From contig JAQGDQ010000009.1 of NCBI GenBank assembly GCA_030141605.1, positions 1 to 64,000 on the forward strand: 64,000 nt of DNA, written 5' to 3'. The stretch comes from Tubiluchus corallicola. Taxonomy: Eukaryota; Animalia; Priapulida. This document shows, in pieces, positions 12,451 through 23,535 of this stretch; positions within the stretch are counted from its first letter, which is position 1, and every line of letters starts with the position of its first letter. The notes under the pieces were generated by a model, which saw only the letters and a program-made list of their open reading frames with translations, was not told the origin of the DNA and ran no database searches. The position numbers were made by a program, and so were the translations under genes.

Positions 12451-15400
12451 CAAAGCTAGACTGTGTGAAAACGTACATGAACTTGCGACGAGTGCCGCAT
12501 CATCTTCAGGAAAGAGTTATTCGTTGGTTTGACTACCTGTGGATAACGAAAAAGTCTGCTGACGAAGAGAAGACGCTGTGTTACTTACCTGATAAACTCA
12601 AGGCCGAAATAGCAATTCATGTACATTTGAATACTCTCAAACAAGTAAGATCTCTTTCCATAGTTTTTATACTCGCATGTTTACAAGCATGTTCATTTAG
12701 ACTGTCACGTCGTAATTAATGAAAAGGGTTTATCCATTATATCAAGTAATTAGGTTAATTAATTGTTGAACAATTGTCATCATCATCATCATCATCATCA
12801 TCATCGTCGTCGTCGTCGTCGTCATCATCATCGTCATCATCATCATCATCATTATCGTCACCGTGATCCTCATCATCGTCATCATTATCAGTCTCATCAT
12901 CATACTCATATTCATCATCATCATCGTCGTCGTCATCATCATCATCATCATCATCATTATCGTCACCGTGATCCTCATCATCGTCATCATTATCAGTCTC
13001 ATCATCATATTCATATTCATCGTCATTATCATCATCGTCACCGTGATCCGCATCATCAGTATCATCATCGTCACTGTGATCCTCATCATCATGATCATGA
13101 TCATCATCACCTCCATGAACCGCTTCCTCTTTCTCCTGATCATCTTCATCTTAAGTATCATCGTCATCGTAATCATTATCATCATCATGTCATCATCATC
13201 ATAATTATCATCATCATTAATTTTCTTACTGGGTAATTTCTCAGTTCTGTTCGAGTTCGCTTTCACGATCTTTCGTTCATTTAATATTCTGACTCTTTAC
13301 GCCATTCCGCTTTCAGTCGCAAGTGTCAGGCTGTCTACGCCATTAGCTAACTAATCTTAGTGAGTCATGGAATATTTTTGCTCATTGACTCACTACCATC
13401 GCATAACTAAGTGTATAAGGCAAGCGTATTTACATCTGATCATTTGGATTCCGCTAAAATCATCTTTTCTCGAGGGTCCCTTTAAAAACATTGCAAGCTA
13501 TTTTGAAAGCATGTCTATATTTATGCAACTTTGCGCTGATGAATCATGTACTGAAGACGCTGTTAAATGAAAATAGTCATCATATGAAGGCCTGAAGGGT
13601 TAAATACAATTCTTCTTGTGCTATAGAAGAATACTGTGACTCTTTAGTAAAATAGGCTGATATGAATAGCTATTGTACTAATTTTACAAAAGTCAGTGTA
13701 TGAACTGTATTGCTGGTAAACAGTTACAAAATGCGCATCAGCTTAAGGTTTTGGCTGTTCCAATATAATTATTCCAGGACAAAAATACGTCATTTGATAT
13801 CAAACTGAATAATTGTGAAGAGTTCCATGCCTCCCGTCTATGTTTGCGTTAAGCTAGATTAAGTTTATTTTTCTCACAAACTATTCGCTTGCGCGCGTGA
13901 CGCAACACACTTGTTGTGCTTAAATACTTTCTAGGATTATAATTCTTTGCATGTTTTATCATTGTATTATAAATTTGTTAGTCAATAATTCAACGATTAC
14001 TGATATTGTATCATTAACGCTGAAGGAGTGGGAGTTTAACGATGGTGCAAGCAGAATGCCACTGAAGCTACCTAAATGTACCTTTCGTTTAATTCTGCTT
14101 TTTTGTCGATGATAAAGTATGAAACAGCACTGTTCGATTCTTCATTAATAGACTTTTTCAATTGTTTAAATAACTGTTGTTCATTGAATGTTTGCTATCA
14201 GTGATATGATGTATAACACTTGAATAATTTTGTGGCTGTCACATGCGTCACACAATACTTTATTATTGAAGTTTCTTGTTCTCGCTTGCAAGACTACAAC
14301 GCACAGCAGTCACGCACAAGCTAAAGATTGCTGGTAATAGTGTTAAAACCCGATTTGTGAAACCTTTATCTTGTGGACGTGACATTTTTGCAAAACTCGA
14401 GAGTTGCTAAGAGTGCTAAACGTCGTTTCAGGTTGAAATCTTTCAGAACACGGAGGCAGGATTTCTCTGCGAGTTGGTGCTACGATTGAGACCTGTGCTG
14501 TTCTCGCCTGGAGACTACATTTGCAGGAAGGGTAAGATGCGCTTAGATGTGAGATGAATTTTAAAGTGCGTCATAAAGATGGGTAATATAAACACTTGGT
14601 TTTTTGATAAAATCGTAAAAACAGGACATTTTACTGTGACATTTTAGTTATATTAATATATAAGGATTTGAATTCAGTGTAAATTTACAATAGTACACAA
14701 TATAAACCCACACAAACAAATAAACACTAAGTACAATAATGACACCGTAATATAAAAAAAACTGCTATCAAGTGGCGTTTACCATATATTCGGAATTGCG
14801 TATCCATGTTATTTAGGTTATTTATAGGTATAACGCAAATCACATATATATCAGTTCCGCATGTATGGCAAATGCTGCACTAAGCAAATAAAAAGCGCTG
14901 TTAAATAAATTTACTTAAAATGAATTTAAAAGGAACTGAGGTGCAGCAAAAATGTGCCGAAGTTTTAATCACGACATTATAGGAAGAAAATAATGAATCG
15001 CTTGAAAATTACCACATTACTGTTACATTTTAGGTCATTTCCTTATATTTGTCCAAAGACACAGAAGTTTTAAACAACAAGTCAAAAAATAAATGCAGGA
15101 AGAAATTGTGTCACTATTGCTAAAATTTACAGCAAGTGCTTTATGTGTCCACCAGTTTCAATGCAAGCTAGACGAATGCGTTTCTTCTAACAGCTGAACA
15201 AGTTTCTCAGTTCTTTAAGTTTTTTAAGAAGTATTTATTCCCATGACTCGACAATTTTTGCCTTAGACGGCTCTGTGCAGCCATTGTACACTTTGTCTTT
15301 AAGGAATTCCAGATACCTAATGCAGATAATTACGACCCATTTTTTCTTGGCTGCGAATCTTTGTCAATGATTTTTCTATGGAGAACACCACGATGTAAAC

Positions 15401-18400
15401 TGGTTTATTCCTTTATTATTTTGCTGCCATGTATTGAGCGCTTTATACGTAAACAGGGATGTTTTTCAGTTGATTATAGCTGACATTGTTCCGGTAATTA
15501 ATTTTTTAACATGCAAAAGTTTTCGGCCCTAACTTAAAACTAAATCTACAGTCTTGTAACTTTTACAGTTAAAAGAATGTATTGTAATATCACGAAGTGA
15601 AATTTTAACTTTGTAAAGGTACTTGGTTCTAATGTTATCGAACTCTAAACTTCGGGATTTCGGCACATTTTTCTGCACCACCTAATCAAATGTCTCTAAT
15701 TTAAAAGACAGTTATGCACTCATGTATAATATACAAGATCAATGTAATAATTTATGTGTGTGTTCGATTATATGTGGGCTACGTGAGTTCGTGCGAGTGA
15801 AGTTCACACTTAAAAGTAAGTAATGTACACCGTAGTTTTTGCAGTGTGATAATTGTTTGTTGTTGTTTCTAAGTCGTACGCGTTACGTTTTTAAATTACA
15901 CCCTTTTGACGAAATAATTAGCAAAAAAGGTACCTGTAATTAAGATATATTGCAGGCTGTTCGTGTGATTGTTACTGCCACAACTTAATTAGGCTGAAAG
16001 TTTTGCTTGTAATAACTAGAGCTATAAACTGTCAATGTAATTATACAATTGAATGAAATAGTGATATTATTGATTAGAAAAATATGATTACACTTTCGGA
16101 GGCTGGATAATATTTTTGTAATCAAGTCGCAAAGTGCCAATAAAGGCTGCAAAGTTAATGCAACATATATACATTACTACAACTTATAATAATAGTTATG
16201 GTATGTTAAAGTGTATACAGCTGGGACATTTTATGAAAAAAATGTAAAGTTTTAATGTACGGATTGCATGAAAACTGTGTTTTTAATCACGCAGTTCGTG
16301 TAGGTCAGCACATTCTACAAAAAACTGTAAATGACTTTACCGAGTGGATTCACATTGATATAAAGCAATTATGAATTTTCCCCTTAGCATATACGCTTTA
16401 CATACTAGTGACTGAACCTTAAAGTTCAGTTCATACTTTCTGTGATACAGGTATCAGACTGCGTAAAAGCTTGACTAATGAAATTCAACCACCTCACTCA
16501 AACAGCACAAAAGCAAATATAGATATTTGCCGTATAAACGTTAATACCTTGTAGAATTAAATTTTCGACGGGATTTAATATAAGTTGCGCGCACTTTTCG
16601 CAAAAGACATAAAGAGAAAATGTTCTACCTATTGTTTGGCGCTGAATTAAATCTTGACGAATATTCCCTAAAGGAAGTGACAAGTCAAGATAATAATAAT
16701 AATAATAAAAATCTCTATTGAAAATGATACAATAAGCCCTCTATTTGCAGGGCACATGGGTACAAAAATGTTAAATAAATCTTTACATTATATACATTAA
16801 ATTCTTCACAGTTACCAGTTTCTTACTAAACAAGCTGAGAATTCTGCATTATGATTTATTAATTCTAAATACATATCTAATATTTGCGTATAATGTTTAT
16901 ACACGTTATACTCTATGTATAAGTAGTATATGTTGTAGCTTATACATACAAAAATAATCTTATGCTGATGTCATTCGTATATAAACAGTTTGCCTGTATA
17001 ATCAATTTACGATAAGATCATTTTGGGTTAGTTCTTTTACAATATCTATATACATTTTAATTACACTAGTGTATCTCTTTCTGTAAATGGTGAGAATGTT
17101 ATTATTTTCTAAGCGGGGCTCGAGATTCTCTCTTATATCTTGTTTAACAAACGGTAAAGGACAATGAAAATGACCGTTTCAAACGAGGACAAGTCACTTA
17201 GCATGTTGGGTTTGTTTTACTGTTATCACTTAAACTTAGAAAAACATAGCAAGGAAATTCGCAAAATATGAAGTTAATTTTTACTAATACCGTATAGAAA
17301 TTTTCCAGTGCTGTACTAGTCGCCATACACGTGAAAATTATGACGTATTGGTGGACTTCGTGACTTTTTGCAAGCGCAGAGTTACTTTTGGCAAGCGTAC
17401 GCTGTTTAAACTAATTTAGAAATTCTTTAAAATTCTGCAGCTTACCTAACGCTCATGCAAAAATATCACAAATTTTTTTGACGGAAATTGGCAGTGCTTT
17501 GCCTTTCTTCAGACGATGACGTCATTGGAAGAAGAATGAGTGCTCAGAATGGGGATGCCAAAGCGTGAAATGATCGCGACTTTAAAGTGATGTTACTAAT
17601 TATAAGAGGCACTTATCACACTTATTACTAAATCCTTCTAAACTGTTTCGCGAACAGTGAAATAACCGTAACTTCCCAGAAAGTAACTTCCCTAAGAAAC
17701 GTTGTACACTATAATTAACGACCTTAGGGATATAAACTTCATTGTCGGTTTTACTTTAACTTTTCAACTAGACTAAGTATGCTTATACAATAAGCCCTTC
17801 AATTTGCTTTTAAAGGTGAAGTCGGAAAAGAGATGTACATAGTCAACAGGGGCAGGTTACAAGTAGTGGCAGACAATGGTAAAAACGTGCTGGCAACACT
17901 GAAGGCTGGTAGCTACTTTGGTGAAATCAGTATTCTCAACATGGGCACAGCGGGTAACAGACGGACAGCTTCTGTGAGGTACAACATTGTGTGTTCCAAG
18001 TTTTATACTAATTTTACTAACCACAATTTGTTTACGCATTTGATTACACTGATACCAATGGAGGATTTGTCAGTGTGGTTGCGATAGTATTAAAGATGTT
18101 GCTGGTGCTTTGAACCGCGGTTTAAATACTACATTTGTAGTTTAGAGCGTAGGCTTACTGCTAACATCGTTGTTGCTAGGCTCGGTGCTACCATTAGGCA
18201 AACTAGGCAACCGCCTAGGCTTCAGCGGGGCTCAAAACTGAACTTTAACGAGTCAGAGCTTTAACAAATAACTGAACACAGTAAGGCAGAATCGCATCAG
18301 TTTACTGAATGATTTGGTTGAATTGGTGACAAAAATTGCAAAGAAAAGGCATGCAACCTGAGTGAAAATAGAGGCATTTTTAACTTTGTTATCTGTTGTT

Positions 18401-21400
18401 TGACAGAATGTTTTCCAGCTCAATGACTAGATTTTTTTATTTTGCATATCTAAAATTTATAATTTAAACCAAGAACAAGTTTTGTGTATTTGTAATTTCA
18501 GGCGACATGTATATGGTGGTGTTTTTAAGCGAAAGCCCATTTGCCCGAAGATATAAGATAGAGGCTTACAGTGCAACGCCTTAATGGATATTAACCTCAC
18601 CTTTAATATTAACAGTTTGAAATCTTATTGTAGCTATTCTAGCAATTTAAAGTAAATTTAGCAGTTTTAAGTTTTGCTAGAATTCTCTTTTTTCAACAAA
18701 TACGTTTTTAAAAATCGAAGTCGTCATCATGGGAGAGCGGTACAAATAGCGTATTCTAGGGTGAAAATAATCTGGTACCAGCCCTGGTTTGGTGAATGTT
18801 AATTGTGCTATTGTTGGTACCAATGCTGTTGGAGCAGCTATTGTTGCCGTAGACATTTGTCAGTGCTACTGTTGTTGTGATGTATTTTAGGCTATCGTTG
18901 CCCATAACATTACAAATAGAATCATCTGTTATCAGAATGATACTACAGCTGTTGGTGTTATTGCTGTTGTTCATGTTGCTGGTGCAGTACTGGTAGTGAC
19001 ATTGTTGTTGTCTTGTTGTAGTAAGACTGTCATCCTGGAATGCTGCTAGCAGTGTTAACACTGTCATACCGCTAGCAATGTTATTTGCATCAACATATTT
19101 GCCCTTGTTTAAACCATCCAAACGACCTTCCTTAGTCCCACCGCAGCCAAATAATTTGCAAGCTTTATGCCGTAGGAATCAGTGAATCTAGTAAGCTTAA
19201 GCTACTTATCCACAATCCTATTACAACTCGAATCCCCCATGTATATTTCATCAACATTTTGATGAAATATAGTTTGCAAGTATTGGCGTGATTACTGTCG
19301 AGTGTTATGGTAGAATTGTATTATTACAGATCGGTTGGATATTCAGATCTATTCTGTCTGGCTAAGAATGACTTATGGGATGTTCTCAAGGAGTATCCAG
19401 CAGCTAGAGTCAGGCTAGAAGCGGTGGCTGTGAAAAGGCTAGAAAATTACAAAAAGGCTCCTATTTCAATGGGTAAAATTATTTAACTTTAATTGCTTGT
19501 TCAGATAGAGATGTTTTCACGCGAATTCATTTTAGAAAAATTATGGAGTTTTCCACTTGGAAAAGAAAAATATTTTGAACGAAACTTTTTTGATTTCTTC
19601 CTAATGTTTTCTTTCTTGTACAAGAAATGAGACTGGCCTTTACGTCTAATTTTTTTTTCAGAAGCTTTCGTCCCTCACAGATGTTATGAGCTGAAATGTT
19701 TTGATGTAGCCAGATTTTGAAAGATCTAGATCCAGTGGCAACATCTTTAAAGATCTAACTACATCAAAAATTGATTTCAGCTGAAGACATCCTTGAGGAA
19801 CGAAAGCTTCTGTATTAGTTCATTTCAGTATTCTGTAATTACTTATTTAATATGTAATAATATAAACCAAAGATGAGACACTACTATTCCCCTAGTCTTT
19901 ATTTGTTAACAATAGTTACTGTATGCAACAACATCCCTCTATCCTGATAAACAAACTGCTTGCAGTGTTAACTAATTATTATAATCATCTTAACGTCAAG
20001 ATCGTTATTAATGATGTTACAAAACCCAAAATTGATTAAATTCTGATAGCAAACTTGAAAACAGAGAACGTGAAAATGCAAGCAGAAAGTGCCTGGTTCA
20101 AATCTGGACTGCACCCCAACTTTTTCACACGGGAAAGGTGAAAATGCAAGAAGAAAGTCTTTTGTTCAAATCCAGGCTGCATCCCAACTTTTTCAAGCTT
20201 CCTGCCTTTCAAGTTTGGTTTCAAAATTTAAAGGAAAACCGGACCTAATCTTAAACTACAGCTTAAACTTAAGCTTTAAACAATCCAGCTGTTATATTAC
20301 TGAAAAGTGAACATTTCAAAGAATGAATAACATGAAAAATTATTAGGACAGAAACCTAATTTCCACCTTTGCATAGCTAGTTCTTCGCTATTACATTAAT
20401 TTCACCATTTGCTAGTCTGGACACTATCACCTGAATTTCCGAATCGCGTTGCACGAAAAACAGGTGCTGTACTTCAGTTCAAATGTTGTTTAGTTGTGAC
20501 GTAGTGCACACGTTCAAGAACTCAAGTGTGATATGAGCACAGCGGTAAACTTGAAGCTTAAATTTTGTATATCACGTGTGCACTATATATATACAACACG
20601 TATATATAACGTGTGCAGTATGTCACAACTAAACAACATCGTATTGAATGTTGTACAGTATCACTGTACTTCAATTTTCCCTTTCGCAAACACGTGCAAC
20701 ACAGTCGTGCTATGTTTCTGCTGTTAAAAATTATGGGAATTTGTGATATCATCATTAGTTGGGCTCGCCCACCATTAAATAAGTTTTTAATCTATTATTT
20801 AATTATCAGAACCACTGCAGGTGCTAAAGTGTATACTTTTTAGCGGTACTTCAAAATAATTCTGTTTCCCTTTAATATGACATATGTAGTTTAACCAAGT
20901 TCCACGGAACTTACAACATTGCTCTTCACAAGTTTTTTACATGTTATGCTTGCGATGTGCCATCTTCTACAATATGTGCAGAAAATAATATAAACATTTT
21001 AAAGAACTATTGAGTCACTCTGTGTACAGTTTAAAACACGAATTATTGGGTCCGCAAATTCAATTGTAAATCATATATGTCATCAAACTGACGTACAATT
21101 TTATAGTAGAATATTTAGGATTCATTGATGTAGTAACGCTGGTTTTTAACTAATGTCTTTTGTTATATTTTTGTATATATTTGCAGCTACTTTAATAGTG
21201 CACGCCATATTGTGATCCTTAGCTTTTAGTGAATTTTTTTTACTTTTTATAGCATTTTCTATGTTCTGAAATAAACTTTAAATAAATAAATCATAATAAA
21301 TAAATAGTAAATAAAAATTTTGTTGAGCATCTGCTAAAATAAAATTATGTACTGTCGTATATTAATGAATGCACATATATATATCTACATTATAAATAAA

Positions 21401-23535
21401 TTAAAATATCGGTTTCTTTGTAAATATACGATGTGTAATAGGCCTAAATAATAATGACTACGTAATACGAAAAATTGCTAAACTGTATGCGCTGAAATGT
21501 CAATATAGCCTTACACAGTTTGAAAATGGATTTTAAAAAATGATCCTGTTTCCTTTAATTAATTGTGGGTTTGTAACATGATGATTGTGGTGTATTAACC
21601 CAAGCTTGTGTCGACCTGTGACGCGACACAAGTCACGCAACTCGCCTCAACTCACAGGAAACAGTTATAGACTTGTAAACACACACTTAGGTCGACTGTG
21701 ACTGATTTCCAGCAACTATGATGATACGAGTTACAACACTACTCAGATCGACAACAACTGAGCCTATGCGAATGAAAAAATATCAGACCAGTCCACATAA
21801 CCAGACCTCAATCATCGTTGTACAATGCTCAGGTTAAAACTGGATGGATAACGTATGCCAAGAGTAGTGAGCAACTCCAGGGCCGGAACTAGATGTGGGA
21901 AGCAGGGGGGGGGCGCAAAAATTTTCTGGGAGGGCGAGGTATCCGAAGTGGTTAAATAATGGTTAAGCCAATTTTTAACCCCTTTTATACTGCATGCAGG
22001 CCTATAATTAGCATGTGTGTAGGACGGCGTAGCGGACAGAGCAATATTAAGAAAATTAACTCTCAGTTAACCTAACGTTATTAATGTGCCTCTAACTAAA
22101 TTGTTATTTACAGAAATTTATCACACACAAGTTTTAAGAAAATAATACGCAGGAAATAATGTCAAAATGAAATGTGGAACGATACTTCCTTGGACAAAAG
22201 TCTCAAATTTCAGCATGGTACCGCTGCTACACCAGCATCCTATAGCTGTGCACACATACCTGTTAGCCTGTGTGTAGAGCCTGTGACTGTGTGTGGTCCC
22301 TGTAGGCCTACACTGTGATAGGCACCTCTATGCACACTGAGTTTTGTCTGCACGCACACTGAAGCTACCAAACATTTTTTTACCTAAATCTAATTCATAG
22401 TGAAAATGATTACATGCGAACTGCAATTTTCACTGCAAAAAAATTATTTGTCTGATTTTGCAGGGGAGGCGCAAATTTTGACGGGGGCGCCCTAGTTCCG
22501 CCCCTGAGCAACTCGCTTTAACTCAGTTGCGTTGCCTTGAAAACTTGCTTCTCATAATCGACTTAATATCCTCTGAACTAGCGTCGTACCATATGCCATC
22601 AGTTGCTTTTAGTTGCGCAGCGTCGCAAGGTCGGCTGTCGACCAAAGTCAACCTTTAGTGAACAGCAGTGATGTTATTCAAATTAAATAACATGATCAGT
22701 TATAGAGAGTTACAAACGTACATTACTGGTTAAATACTGATAATAGTTGAACTGCTTGTTCGCTATAATAAAATGAACAAAAATTATCTTACAGTGACTT
22801 GACTGTTCAGTTTTCAATGTTGATCCTACACAATAAACAGGAGACAAGTGTAACTCCTTTAAGTTCCCTAAATTGGATATTTCCTAGCACAAAGTAAAAA
22901 CATTTTCTTTCTTTTCAGCAAAAATGAGTCGATGCAGTAGTACGCCAGCACTACTGGAATCTAGTGGCAAGAATCCCATACACAAGTCTTTCAGTCCTCA
23001 AGCGGGAACCATTAAAATAACGTCCCGCAATGCCCAACAGCACAATGATCCATCTTTGCTCCAGACAACTGACGGTAACGGCAATTGCAGCGAGCGAAAA
23101 CGACCGGTTTCTGCCTCGCCAGTTGCGGGTAGCAGTAGACTATGTCCATCTCCACAACAATATTCGAATGACAGTAACATTGTTTGCACAAATGACTGTC
23201 TAAGTCCAGAAAATGCTCGTCCATGCTCATCGGTCTCCGCGGACTTACTGGAACGCTTACAGGAAATAAAACCTGGTGACCCAAGTTCGGGGATCCTAGC
23301 CAATGTGCCCCAAGATGCTGCCGGTGAGATACTTCTGCAGGAAATACGACGGCTGCGAGAACGGCTGGCGTCATTAGAAACAGACAACACGTCGATGAAC
23401 CTCAAAGTGTCCCAGCAACAATGGGAAGTGGAACAGCGACTGTCCGAGATTGAAATGCATATATGTGGAAGCAGTAGTATGGGAAGCGTGTCAAGTAATG
23501 TGGAGGAGAAAAACAATCGAGAGTCAGTTATTTAA
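12451..23535 (+). CDS. Cyclic nucleotide-gated cation channel alpha-like subunit (CG42260-like), 3' part only: C-linker, CNBD, C-terminal coiled coil
   Basis: Five GT-AG exons with consistent phases: 12451-12644, 14432-14531, 17816-17978, 19330-19472, 22919-23535 (TAA). Spliced translation [16 protein letters not shown]...[63 protein letters not shown]...[34 protein letters not shown]...RESVI* is a typical CNG C-linker plus cyclic-nucleotide-binding domain. No transmembrane or pore exons found in 1-12450. Subfamily call is from recall. Confidence 0.93.
12777..13217. repeat. Compound (CAT/CGT)n trinucleotide repeat with higher-order duplication
   Basis: About 440 bp of CAT/CGT/TAT triplets; CGTCACCGTGATCC recurs at 12856, 12961, 13036 and (variant) 13068. 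Confidence 0.95.
14935..15685 (-). mobile_element. Decayed Tc1/mariner-superfamily deletion derivative, copy 2
   Basis: Inverted ends GGTGCAGCAAAAATGTGCCGAA / TTCGGCACATTTTTCTGCACC; minus-strand remnants WNSLKDKVY and TGGHIKHLL*; matches 9057-9798 in opposite orientation. Confidence 0.72.
18177..18786. mobile_element. Degenerate hAT-like MITE
   Basis: Eroded termini TAGGCTCGGTGCTA / TGGTACCAGCCCTG; subterminal TAGGCAAACTAGGCA also occurs, reverse-complemented, in 55615-56496. No clear target duplication. Confidence 0.4.
19659..19812. repeat. Imperfect inverted repeat with minimal hammerhead-like core in each arm
   Basis: Arms CAGAAGCTTTCGT...GCTGAAAT..TTTTGATGTAG and CTACATCAAAA...ATTTCAGC...ACGAAAGCTTCTG; right arm reads TTTCAG-CTGAAGA-CATCCTTGAGGAAC-GAAA-GCTT-CTG. 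Confidence 0.75.
20070..20195 (+). repeat. Tandem dimer (period 68 bp) of a tRNA-like/SINE head fragment
   Basis: Two copies of GTGAAAATGCAAG.AGAAAGT...GTTCAAATC..G.CTGCA.CCCAACTTTTTCA with B-box-like GTTCAAATC and a T5 run. Confidence 0.6.
20232..21554 (+). mobile_element. Kolobok-like MITE, family A, copy 3, with nested insertions near its right end
   Basis: TTAA|AGGAAAACC at 20228; body matches copies 1-2 to about 20856; the family-type right end AAAAAATGATCCTGTTTCCT|TTAA resumes at about 21520-21558; another GTTTCCCT|TTAA at 20864-20875. Confidence 0.65.
20890..21315 (+). mobile_element. Possible 5'-truncated LINE 3' end
   Basis: Starts with remnant [15 protein letters not shown] reminiscent of ORF2 ends, finishes with AATAAA and an (AAAT)n tail; interrupts a repeat that is contiguous at 4277-4492. 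Confidence 0.4.
21878..22506. mobile_element. hAT-like MITE
   Basis: 15-bp TIRs CAGGGCCGGAACTAG / CTAGTTCCGCCCCTG (1 mismatch) and perfect 8-bp target duplication AGCAACTC (21870-21877, 22507-22514). Confidence 0.9.

Noticed and set aside
12742-13266. His-rich, Ile-rich and Met-rich ORFs of 113-174 aa
   Set aside because: All are readings of the (CAT)n microsatellite inside a CNG intron.
13585-13603. piggyBac-like right end GAAGGCCTGAAGGG|TTAA
   Set aside because: No matching left end identified.
18756-19121. 121-aa Asn/Thr/Ser-rich minus-strand ORF
   Set aside because: Degenerate GTT/GCT trinucleotide low-complexity sequence with a non-ATG start.
22998-23516. Antisense ORFs of 172 and 120 aa
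   Set aside because: Shadows of the real terminal CNG exon; no independent motifs.
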